DNA from: Escherichia phage PECP14
DNA length: 64,000 nt
Direction: 5' to 3' (one strand)
Sequence record: OQ870555.1
The position numbers and the translations under genes are program-made. This document shows, piece after piece, positions 1 to 7,927 of the stretch (positions are counted from its first letter, which is position 1; each line of letters opens with the position of its first letter). The notes under the pieces were generated by a model. That model made no database searches and had not been told where the DNA came from. It saw nothing but the letters and a program-made list of their open reading frames with translations.

Positions 1-28
1 AGTGTTTCTTCTCTAACTTACCAATATA

Positions 29-919
29 TTATACCAAATCTTTGAGCGATTCGGCAACTAAAATTTCAATACGTTGAGCCAACATATCGATCTCTTCTTT
101 ATTTAAATCACCTGGGTCTTTGCCTTCTGGAAGAAGGAAGTTACCAACTACAGGTGTTAAACGTGTTTTTGTACGAATTAGCTTCGCTAGTGCTTGAGCA
201 GCTTTATTACCAGAGGCATCATTATCTAATAGGATAACTACTACTCTTACTCCAGCAATAATGTAAGGACTGAACTTATCAGCAATGTTATCAGATGTAA
301 ACTGATGTGTACCAAAGCAGCAAGAAGCATAATCCACACCGTTATCTTCTAGATTTAACATATCAAAGATACCTTCAACTAGAACAAGAACTGGTGTATT
401 ATATCGTACAGGGAAAATCGGTGGTGAAACTTGTTTTGGTTTTACTAAGTATTTAGGAGGGGCAGAACCGTTTATAGAACGTCCCAGAAATAGGATATTG
501 CGTCCAACAGCATCTGTTATTGGGAATACAATTCTGCCTTCCCAGTCTGCTTGATGTTGGAAAGCAAAATATTTCTTCAAGGTCTTAGAACTGATACCTC
601 GGAAATCACCTTCGAAAAGGTAAGCAGATTCAGGAATTGCAAGATTCGTAGATCCATTCCTAATCTCTGAAATCTTTTTACGTACTTGTGACAATCTTGG
701 TGACTGTCTGTACTGAGTCTCATTAAAATAATGGTAAATGCTCGGTATTCCTCTACCGAAGCCACAACTCAAGCAGTGCATAATACCTGATTCAGGATCA
801 ATACGCAAACTTGGGTGTTTATCATCATGATCTGGATTGAGACAACAGATGAGGATGTCCCCACCTGTGTCTTTGTATTCAATGCCTTTCAGATCAAGTA
901 GTTCTGTTATTCTACTCAT
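29..919 (-). CDS. DNA primase (zinc-finger + TOPRIM-like)
   Basis: N-terminal Cys/His cluster (CCLNPDHDDKHP...HCLSCGFG) and acidic TOPRIM-like core (VLVEGIFDM, LLDNDASG); adjacent to helicase. Confidence 0.65.
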   Translation of the reverse strand: MSRITELLDLKGIEYKDTGGDILICCLNPDHDDKHPSLRIDPESGIMHCLSCGFGRGIPSIYHYFNETQYRQSPRLSQVRKKISEIRNGSTNLAIPESAYLFEGDFRGISSKTLKKYFAFQHQADWEGRIVFPITDAVGRNILFLGRSINGSAPPKYLVKPKQVSPPIFPVRYNTPVLVLVEGIFDMLNLEDNGVDYASCCFGTHQFTSDNIADKFSPYIIAGVRVVVILLDNDASGNKAAQALAKLIRTKTRLTPVVGNFLLPEGKDPGDLNKEEIDMLAQRIEILVAESLKDLV

Positions 920-2439
920 ATATCGCTGGCCTGTTCACCTGTTGAATTTTCAGCTTTGTCTTTCTTAGCACGTTTAGGTTGAGCTGGTTTATCCTTTTCA
1001 ATAGGAATAACGAACTCAGCTTCCATTTGCGCAATATCTTCCATTGCTAGGTTGGTAGTATTATCCATTCGCAGAGTTTCCCAGTTCATCTTAGGCATAA
1101 ACTTCACACTATCAGAGGAACGAGTCTTAACGAAGTCAAACATAATAGCACCTTGACCGTTATCAGCTTTTGCAGCATTAAGATTAGCAGCCATATCTGC
1201 GGAATCAAGAATCCCTTTAGACATACGCGTTCTACCATCTTGGTCAATCTGGTAAGGGGCAACACCAGCCACGTTATGTTTCTGGCAGATAGATTTGAAA
1301 GATGAACTAACAACCATCTGTTCTTTCCAGTCATACATATCAATGGTCTTTGAATCTGGAAGTCTTGTTTGGTTAATATAGTCTAGAAGAGCTACAGTAA
1401 CCTTATCACCATACTTAGCAACTAGTTTATTTAATTCTACGTCAACCGTCGTAATAGACAGTTCAGGATCGTAAACGATGATCATAGGAGTGTGAAGCTC
1501 ATAGCCTTCAAGGAGTTTACTTTCCATATCATAGAAGTCACTCATTTTAGCCATAGTGTATTGCTTAACGAAGTTATCGAAAAGCTCTTCACCACCATTA
1601 AACATCCTAGCCCTAGTTCTGGCTAATCTCAACAGAGCAGCACCTTCAAGAGTGTTATTACGCATTGCTAATGCAGATACTCCAGCTAACATAGCCAGAT
1701 TACGTCTAAACACTTCGTGCTCTTTCATCTCAATTGAGAAGTATGGAGCAATGTCTCCATTCAAATATTGCTGAACCTGTATGTTTGAACAGATAATGGA
1801 TTTACCAGTACCACGCCAACCACCAAGCAGTAACGTTTCTGTGCGAGCTAAACCAATTTGAGCGTCGAACTCATTACAAATACCAAGAGCGATCAAGTTC
1901 AGTTTGGTATCTTCTTCTCTCTGGAAAATACGCATTGTGTCTGCGTTGAATACCTTTCCAGTATTCGTTACTTTCTCTTCTAATTTTAAGTGAAGGGAGG
2001 CAACTCGGTTGAGAATTTCTCCCTGATCCAGCATTGTTAAATCTTGAAGCACGTCTGTTTCTAGAAGTTTCAGGAATAGATCCTGTGTATATTCGGCTTC
2101 TAGGACTTCAAGCGCCTGTTCCATGCTCACTTCTGGAATTTGAGTGTTAGCTAAGACGACAAGAGCTTGAGAAAGGCGGGCGTTCCTATTGGCCTCAAGC
2201 ATCAGTGCGTCAATGGACGGCATTGCGTTATATTTCTTATAATAATTCTGGACGGCTTGGTAAATTGAGGAGAAAGCGTCATTAAAATGATCTTTATGCA
2301 GTTTTGAGAATGTTTCCAATGCTATTTGCTTCTGTTCAGAAGCGAGAAGCATCTTCAACACTACAGCTTGCACGTTAAACAAGGTCATTCTCCTTTGCAC
2401 GCTTTCGTGCCTTCTAAATGCAAAAAGGGGAAGGAGCAT
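916..2439 (-). CDS. DnaB-like replicative DNA helicase
   Basis: Walker A-like GGWRGTGKS and FSIEM motif; 4-bp overlap with primase ORF; start may instead be the internal Met at 2388. Confidence 0.65.
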   Translation of the reverse strand: MLLPLFAFRRHESVQRRMTLFNVQAVVLKMLLASEQKQIALETFSKLHKDHFNDAFSSIYQAVQNYYKKYNAMPSIDALMLEANRNARLSQALVVLANTQIPEVSMEQALEVLEAEYTQDLFLKLLETDVLQDLTMLDQGEILNRVASLHLKLEEKVTNTGKVFNADTMRIFQREEDTKLNLIALGICNEFDAQIGLARTETLLLGGWRGTGKSIICSNIQVQQYLNGDIAPYFSIEMKEHEVFRRNLAMLAGVSALAMRNNTLEGAALLRLARTRARMFNGGEELFDNFVKQYTMAKMSDFYDMESKLLEGYELHTPMIIVYDPELSITTVDVELNKLVAKYGDKVTVALLDYINQTRLPDSKTIDMYDWKEQMVVSSSFKSICQKHNVAGVAPYQIDQDGRTRMSKGILDSADMAANLNAAKADNGQGAIMFDFVKTRSSDSVKFMPKMNWETLRMDNTTNLAMEDIAQMEAEFVIPIEKDKPAQPKRAKKDKAENSTGEQASDI

Positions 2440-2470
2440 AGCCCCCTCCCCTTAGGTTTAATTTACCAGA

Positions 2471-3238
2471 TTATTCAGCAGCCGCAGCTTTTGCATCCAG
2501 TTTAGCACGCTTAGCGGCACCATCATAGTCCTTAGCAACCAGACCACGACGAGACAGCATAGATTTAACACCGCGCTCAGACTTACCAGTTTTCTCAGCG
2601 ATCTCAGCAACAGTCATGTTAGCCAGATCCAGACCTTCTAACAGATCTTCACGAGTTTTAGCACTTGAAGTTTCCTGTACCGGCATAGCAGCGATACGAC
2701 CTTCACGAAGCAGACTCAGAGCTTTACCACGGATCTGCTTAATATTGCGACCGAAGTGAGCAGCGATAGCTTCAATAGTAGCACCAGCAACAACCTGATT
2801 AACGAAATCAGTTTCTTCGTCAGGAGTGAAGGAACGAACAGCAGCAGCTTTTTCGGTTGGCTTAACAGAAGCAGTCATTTCCAGACTCAGGATCTTACCC
2901 TGTACCTGCTTAGCACCGAACTGACCACCAGCTACAGCAGCAGCGATTTCAGCGTAAGTATACTGACCAGCATGAGCGTTCAGGAAATCAACCAGTTCAG
3001 CTTCCTGCTCAGGAGTCCACGGGGATTTCTGTACTTCGTTTGCTTTCTGTACTTCGAAACCTTCTTTACGCAGCTTAGAGCCAACAGAGCGAGCGGTAAC
3101 GTCTTTGCCAGTCTCGGTAGCCAATTCAGCAGCGATAGCAGCTACTTGTTCTTGAGAGATTACAGCAACACCCAGAGCAGTGGCTTTTGCTTTCAGAGAC
3201 TCGGTTACACCTTCTACGTTCCAGTTCAGTTTAGACAT
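2471..3238 (-). CDS. hypothetical protein with three HTH-like repeats
   Basis: three repeated segments (YAEIAAAVAGG.., IEAIAAHFGRN.., VAEIAEKTGKS..); E. coli-optimal codon bias. Confidence 0.5.
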   Translation of the reverse strand: MSKLNWNVEGVTESLKAKATALGVAVISQEQVAAIAAELATETGKDVTARSVGSKLRKEGFEVQKANEVQKSPWTPEQEAELVDFLNAHAGQYTYAEIAAAVAGGQFGAKQVQGKILSLEMTASVKPTEKAAAVRSFTPDEETDFVNQVVAGATIEAIAAHFGRNIKQIRGKALSLLREGRIAAMPVQETSSAKTREDLLEGLDLANMTVAEIAEKTGKSERGVKSMLSRRGLVAKDYDGAAKRAKLDAKAAAAE

Positions 3239-4013
3239 TATTATTTTTCTCCAATAGTTCTTTAATCGACAGGATTTCTATCCCATTCGTTTCGGCTTTC
3301 TTATAAGATGAGGAAGAACGTTTTGATTCATCCTCACAGATTAGGTATTTGACGTCTTTGGTAACGGACTTCTTAACCGTATATCCTAGACTTTCTAAAT
3401 AGTTTGTTGCATCCGTTCGATTTGCAAAATCTTGCAAAGATCCGGTAATACAGACCGTGATTCCATTTGGCTGGGTAACTAAATCATCTGTAATGATGAT
3501 ATCCGCTTTAGCACCTCGAATACCTGTTGAGAATTTCCACGGTAATTCAATAACATCCTTGCCTTGTGGGGAATTTAGCCAGGTTTTGTAATTTTCTCCA
3601 GCCTTGCCGTCAGCCTTCACATCGTGGAAGCTAGTGCAATTTTGGGACAGTTTCTTTGCTGCAACCTCTCCAATAAGAGGAATTCCTAAAGAACCGAGAA
3701 CTGAACCAAAGTCAGTGTCTCCGCGAACCTTAGTATTTAACTCGCTAATCAATTTAGCGGCAACCTTGCTACCCACAGCTCCGACCAAATCTTCTTCGGT
3801 CAGGTAAAACAGTTCTGAGATCTTAGTCAGCTCCAGCTTCTCAATAGTTTTCGGGCCAAAGCCCTTTAACTTCATTTTTGTGCAGAAGTTCTCGATTAAC
3901 TTACTTGATTGCGCTGGACAGTTGGACTTATTCCTACAGAATAATTGCCCGTTGACAAGATCTAGCTTAGAACCACAAGAGGGACATTGTGTTGGAATTT
4001 CGATTTTCATCAA
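3231..4013 (-). CDS. NAD-dependent DNA ligase, C-terminal fragment (Zn-finger/HhH/BRCT)
   Basis: CPSCGSKL..C..C zinc finger, HhH-like GIPLIGEVAAKKL, BRCT-like tail. Confidence 0.7.
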   Translation of the reverse strand: MMKIEIPTQCPSCGSKLDLVNGQLFCRNKSNCPAQSSKLIENFCTKMKLKGFGPKTIEKLELTKISELFYLTEEDLVGAVGSKVAAKLISELNTKVRGDTDFGSVLGSLGIPLIGEVAAKKLSQNCTSFHDVKADGKAGENYKTWLNSPQGKDVIELPWKFSTGIRGAKADIIITDDLVTQPNGITVCITGSLQDFANRTDATNYLESLGYTVKKSVTKDVKYLICEDESKRSSSSYKKAETNGIEILSIKELLEKNNNV

Positions 4014-4040
4014 ATTTCTTCCTTATCAATTTATATAAAT

Positions 4041-4069
4041 ATTATAACAAGTATTTAAGCATTTAGCAA
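4041..4069 (-). promoter_or_regulatory. leftward early promoter inside the ligase gap
   Basis: minus strand TTGCTA-17-TATAAT + TATAAATTGATAAGGAAG directly upstream of the ligase C-terminal ORF. Confidence 0.5.
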
Positions 4070-4212
4070 CTACAATTTTAACTAACTTTGCTTACCCTCG
4101 CCATAACTTTCTATCCCTCAACTGAATGATAATAGTATATACCTAAGCGGCGAAAATGTCAATAACCACTTTATAATTCCGACATGGTAAACGGGTAGCA
4201 AAGGGTTACGAA

Positions 4213-5184
4213 TTAGTCGTATACTCGCTCTACTATACAAGGGATTACACCACCAGCACGAATCACTCGAATCTGGCAACCGATCTCTAAATCGAGAGCG
4301 TTAATATAATCAACGTTATTAAGAGTTGCTTTAACGATTGTGGCATCATCAATAATCACCGGCTCGAAATAACCAACTGGAGTTACTTTACCAGAAGCCC
4401 CTACTTGCCATTCAACTTTAACAAGTGTGGTAATTTCGCCTTCTTCATCCTCTTTAATAGCAAATGCGCCACGAGGAAATTTATTAGTCCAACCTTCACG
4501 GAAGAATTTGTTGTTATCATTAATACGAACAACTTTACCATCTGTCGGAATCCATTTAAAGAAGGAACGAACATTAACAACTGTCAAGAAGTTCTCATTC
4601 TCTAGCCAAAGCATATCTTTTAAATAGGCTTCTGTAATACCGACTGTTTCCGCTGAACACTGGATACCATATGCAACGAAGATTAAACCACCTTCACCAA
4701 TACGTTGGATGAAATCATCGCTGTCTTTCAGGTTAATAGCACCTGAAGCGTAGTTACGTTTGTTCTCTACTTCTTTAGTAATGAGAACTTCACCAGTGAT
4801 TTGAGTTGGAACTTTTTGGGAAATAGTTTTAGGGATGTTCAGCATTTTAACATTATGCGTTACATCATTCCCTAGAATACCGTTACCACGAGTTAACGCT
4901 TGAACAAATTCACCATTAATATATAATAGAGAAATCGCACAACCATCTAACTTATCAGTTTCAACCTGACCTAATGGATTGAATGGAGCTTTATCACCGC
5001 GACCGTAATAGACTTTCTGCAAAGAATACATACGATACAAATGAGGAATATCACCTTTCGGTCCGATTTCTTCCTCCAGTGGGAATCTTTTAATCAGACG
5101 ATCATATTCTTCATCGGAAATAAGACTCATTCCCTGGTAGTACGCTTCTTGACAACGTTTGATAAAGTCTTTTACATTATTCAT
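4213..5184 (-). CDS. NAD-dependent DNA ligase, N-terminal adenylation fragment
   Basis: KLDGCAIS (KxDG adenylation motif), OB-fold region; separate ORF upstream of the C-terminal fragment. Confidence 0.7.
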   Translation of the reverse strand: MNNVKDFIKRCQEAYYQGMSLISDEEYDRLIKRFPLEEEIGPKGDIPHLYRMYSLQKVYYGRGDKAPFNPLGQVETDKLDGCAISLLYINGEFVQALTRGNGILGNDVTHNVKMLNIPKTISQKVPTQITGEVLITKEVENKRNYASGAINLKDSDDFIQRIGEGGLIFVAYGIQCSAETVGITEAYLKDMLWLENENFLTVVNVRSFFKWIPTDGKVVRINDNNKFFREGWTNKFPRGAFAIKEDEEGEITTLVKVEWQVGASGKVTPVGYFEPVIIDDATIVKATLNNVDYINALDLEIGCQIRVIRAGGVIPCIVERVYD

Positions 5185-5395
5185 CGTCTGCGATTTCCAT
5201 TTTGAGTTCTTTGTTATACTGAGCAGCCATACCAGCTAAATCAGCAGCTTCTTTCAACCACGCATCTTTGTACGCTTTCTGGTTTGGAGTGCCGATACTA
5301 TCCTGGTAATTGATTCTTGCTATGGAGAGCAAATTAAGTTTTGCTTGAATCTTTGGAAGTGTTATTGTCATTGCCATAATTGATCCTCTCATCAA
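5177..5395 (-). CDS. hypothetical protein
   Basis: ORF with early-type promoter immediately upstream (5407-5435); overlaps ligase start by 8 nt. Confidence 0.4.
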   Translation of the reverse strand: MMRGSIMAMTITLPKIQAKLNLLSIARINYQDSIGTPNQKAYKDAWLKEAADLAGMAAQYNKELKMEIADDE

Positions 5396-5406
5396 TTTAT
5401 ATAAAT

Positions 5407-5435
5407 ATTATATATGAAAACTGAGTCGAAAGCAA
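5407..5435 (-). promoter_or_regulatory. leftward early promoter cassette
   Basis: minus strand TTGCTT-17-TATAAT + ATAAATTGATGAGAGGA. Confidence 0.5.
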
Positions 5436-5462
5436 GTACATTTATAAAGAAAAAGCCAAGAA

Positions 5463-5771
5463 CTAGGCATTCTTGGCTTTGAGTTCTTCAGCTCGTTTCT
5501 GTACTTCATGCAAGACCTCGGATTCACTGAGGATTTGCGTAAAAGCGTAGAATAGCTGTGATGTAGTTTCTAGGGTATAAGGAAAAGAGAAGCCGGATTT
5601 CGTTGGAAACCACTCTCCAGTAATATCTTGGAGCCAGTAACGAATTCCCATGTATAGATTCCCACGAAATTCAGATACGGTTAGTCTTACTTGTTCCCCC
5701 TCCTTCTCCCAAAGCATGATGGACTGGTCGTCAACGTGTCCTTCATAGTTTTGATTTACCTGATCGCTCAT
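5463..5771 (-). CDS. hypothetical protein
   Basis: ORF in gene-dense minus-strand block; hairpin terminator just downstream (5794-5812). Confidence 0.5.
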   Translation of the reverse strand: MSDQVNQNYEGHVDDQSIMLWEKEGEQVRLTVSEFRGNLYMGIRYWLQDITGEWFPTKSGFSFPYTLETTSQLFYAFTQILSESEVLHEVQKRAEELKAKNA

Positions 5772-5789
5772 TTACATATCCCAAATACA

Positions 5790-5815
5790 CAAAAAGCCCC
5801 ATATAGGGGCTAATT
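5790..5815. terminator. hairpin, possibly bidirectional terminator
   Basis: AAAAAGCCCCATATAGGGGCT palindrome between minus-strand genes. Confidence 0.4.
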
Positions 5816-5821
5816 GGTTTC

Positions 5822-6118
5822 TTATCGGCCTACTGGAGAAGCACGATCTAACTCTGACTGGAGGCTCGTCACACGGCGAACTTTCGCAACAGGAATGAAA
5901 CGGAAGCTATCGTTAGTACGAGAGAAAACGAGGATTTCATCTTCTTTCGGCTTACGGATGCGCTCACGTTTAATACGCTCAGCCAGGTATTTATCCTGAG
6001 CTGGATCAAATTCCATTGTACCCTGAAGGTACGTGGTTCCTTTCTGACGAAGTTTTTCGTAATGAAGATAAAACTCACCAAATTTTTCGCATTGAGCAAT
6101 AATTTCAGCTTTATTCAT
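5822..6118 (-). CDS. hypothetical protein
   Basis: ORF, same strand as neighbours. Confidence 0.45.
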   Translation of the reverse strand: MNKAEIIAQCEKFGEFYLHYEKLRQKGTTYLQGTMEFDPAQDKYLAERIKRERIRKPKEDEILVFSRTNDSFRFIPVAKVRRVTSLQSELDRASPVGR

Positions 6119-6154
6119 AACTGTATTCCTTGTGTTGGTGGATTTATCTAAGAA

Positions 6155-6565
6155 TTACTTAGTGATAGCTCGGATAGCTTCTGCCAGATGAGCAGCTGCT
6201 TTACCGGTCAGCTTGTCGATGATTGCGTCGTCCAGGAAGTCCGGTGCTAAGCCAGCATCAGAGAATGCAGAGCGAAGATCGGAGTGAGCCTGAGCTTTGG
6301 AAGTACGAGAACCACCAGAAGCTTTTTCTCCAGTAGATGCGCTTGATTTAGAAGTAGAGCCAGCAGCTTTCTTGATATACAGACCTGCTTTGGTCAGCTT
6401 CATACGGAAACCGTTCGGAGTTACACCATTTTCCTGAGCAATTTCGCTAACAATTTCCATGCTAACGCCCGGACGCTCATCTTCTGGGAATTGCTCCATA
6501 CGAGCAACGTAGTCGGAAGACATTTTTTCGAACAGTTCATCAGTCCACTGAGTTGGAGTAGTCAT
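6155..6565 (-). CDS. hypothetical protein (Ala/Ser-rich, high-expression codon usage)
   Basis: ORF with early-type promoter upstream (6624-6652); GC3-rich codons. Confidence 0.5.
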   Translation of the reverse strand: MTTPTQWTDELFEKMSSDYVARMEQFPEDERPGVSMEIVSEIAQENGVTPNGFRMKLTKAGLYIKKAAGSTSKSSASTGEKASGGSRTSKAQAHSDLRSAFSDAGLAPDFLDDAIIDKLTGKAAAHLAEAIRAITK

Positions 6566-6623
6566 ATTTTTCGATTTCCTTAATTAAGAATTAAACAGAA
6601 TAGTTCTTTCAAACTATGAGAAT

Positions 6624-6652
6624 ATTATATCAAGAATTACAGGATTAAGCAA
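6624..6652 (-). promoter_or_regulatory. leftward early promoter cassette
   Basis: minus strand TTGCTT-17-TATAAT. Confidence 0.5.
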
Positions 6653-6672
6653 CTGAAATTTTTCAGTAACTG

Positions 6673-6927
6673 CTACACATCTAGTTCAACGATCTCCCAA
6701 TCGTTGGCCAGAGCTTCGTCTAGAGTTAGCTCAGTGGTTTTCCACGATGCATCGTCTAGCGTGAGTTTAGTGCGTCCATCTTTAGACCACCACCATGTAA
6801 ATTCTACGATGTCATTATTATCAACATCTACTTTGATAATAGTAGTAGAATAAGTATTGTTTTCCCAGCTATCTCGCTGGAGATATTTTACATCTCCAGC
6901 TTTTAACAGATCAGTTAGTTTACTCAC
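6673..6927 (-). CDS. hypothetical protein
   Basis: ORF; 8-nt overlap with upstream gene. Confidence 0.45.
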   Translation of the reverse strand: MSKLTDLLKAGDVKYLQRDSWENNTYSTTIIKVDVDNNDIVEFTWWWSKDGRTKLTLDDASWKTTELTLDEALANDWEIVELDV

Positions 6928-7624
6928 GGCGTTTTCCTTTCTCTTTATCGAGTTTCAGGGCAGCTTTAACAGCTTCATTAACCAACGTGATAACTTCTTC
7001 ACGACTCCACTTAAAGCCTAGAGCTTTAACGTCAACACCCAGCTTTTCCAGATGTTTAACAGAAGCTAATTCGTAGTGCATATAGTGCACGTTCTGTTGT
7101 TTACCTTCTGATAACAACCAAACACGATAACAACCAACTGGATTAGTCATTGCTTTCTTGATCTCACCAATACACTGATAGCCAGGAACCCAAACAAGTT
7201 CACCAACTTCAAACTCTTCTGCCATTGCATCATCAGGAATCAGCGGAGGATTCAATGGATCAACAATATCGTTTAAACGAAGCAGAGCACCATAACGTTC
7301 CAGAACAGATTTAATCATCGCTACAGAACGATAGTTACGATCAGCAATTTCTTCAAAAGAATCACCAGAAAGATACTGTTCAATTACGTTTGCAAGCTCA
7401 ACACCCTCAATCAGTGTTCCGCGCTTCTTCTTTTTCATTTCCGCAACTTGAACCTGACGATCTCTCCATTCTTCGATCATTCGTTCCATAGTTGGGTTAG
7501 AAGAAACACCGAGCATTTCACATGCTGCTTTCTTAGTACCACCATTCTCCAGATGTTCAATAACCTTTTTAAAGGTTTCATCAGGGATTTCATGGATAAG
7601 TTTCTTTCTACGAGAACCAGCCAT
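6920..7624 (-). CDS. putative DNA-binding protein (HTH)
   Basis: N-terminal HTH-like segment (TKKAACEMLGVSSNPTMERMIEEW); early-type promoter upstream. Confidence 0.5.
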   Translation of the reverse strand: MAGSRRKKLIHEIPDETFKKVIEHLENGGTKKAACEMLGVSSNPTMERMIEEWRDRQVQVAEMKKKKRGTLIEGVELANVIEQYLSGDSFEEIADRNYRSVAMIKSVLERYGALLRLNDIVDPLNPPLIPDDAMAEEFEVGELVWVPGYQCIGEIKKAMTNPVGCYRVWLLSEGKQQNVHYMHYELASVKHLEKLGVDVKALGFKWSREEVITLVNEAVKAALKLDKEKGKRRE

Positions 7625-7655
7625 ATTTAAACTCCTCTCTCAAATTTATGAATCT

Positions 7656-7684
7656 ATTATACAGAAAATTTTTCCTGAAAGCAA
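7656..7684 (-). promoter_or_regulatory. leftward early promoter cassette
   Basis: minus strand TTGCTT-17-TATAAT + AGATTCATAAATTTGAGAGAGGAG. Confidence 0.5.
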
Positions 7685-7693
7685 ATAAAATTT

Positions 7694-7927
7694 TTATGAT
7701 TCTTTGAGCAAAGAAGCAAGTTCAGCATAGACTTTATCTAACTCAAAGCCAATGCGAAGAGACACACGAGTCTTCCGTTGTTTAAGTAACCATATGGAGA
7801 CATTAGGGATGCCAGCGAGACGAGGTGGTACAACCCTACATAGTTTCTCCGCAGTATCGTAAACAGAAGTTTTACGTTCTTTTATGGGAAACTTCCTTGT
7901 TTCCCACTTTTTATTCTTCACTGTCAT
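7694..7927 (-). CDS. hypothetical protein
   Basis: ORF 7694-7978 trimmed to the internal Met to limit overlap with the upstream helicase gene; start uncertain. Confidence 0.35.
   Translation of the reverse strand: MTVKNKKWETRKFPIKERKTSVYDTAEKLCRVVPPRLAGIPNVSIWLLKQRKTRVSLRIGFELDKVYAELASLLKES

Noticed and set aside
2756-3265. 169-aa plus-strand ORF
   Set aside because: Lies inside and antisense to the minus-strand genes 2471-3238 and 3231-4013; Ser-rich low-complexity translation
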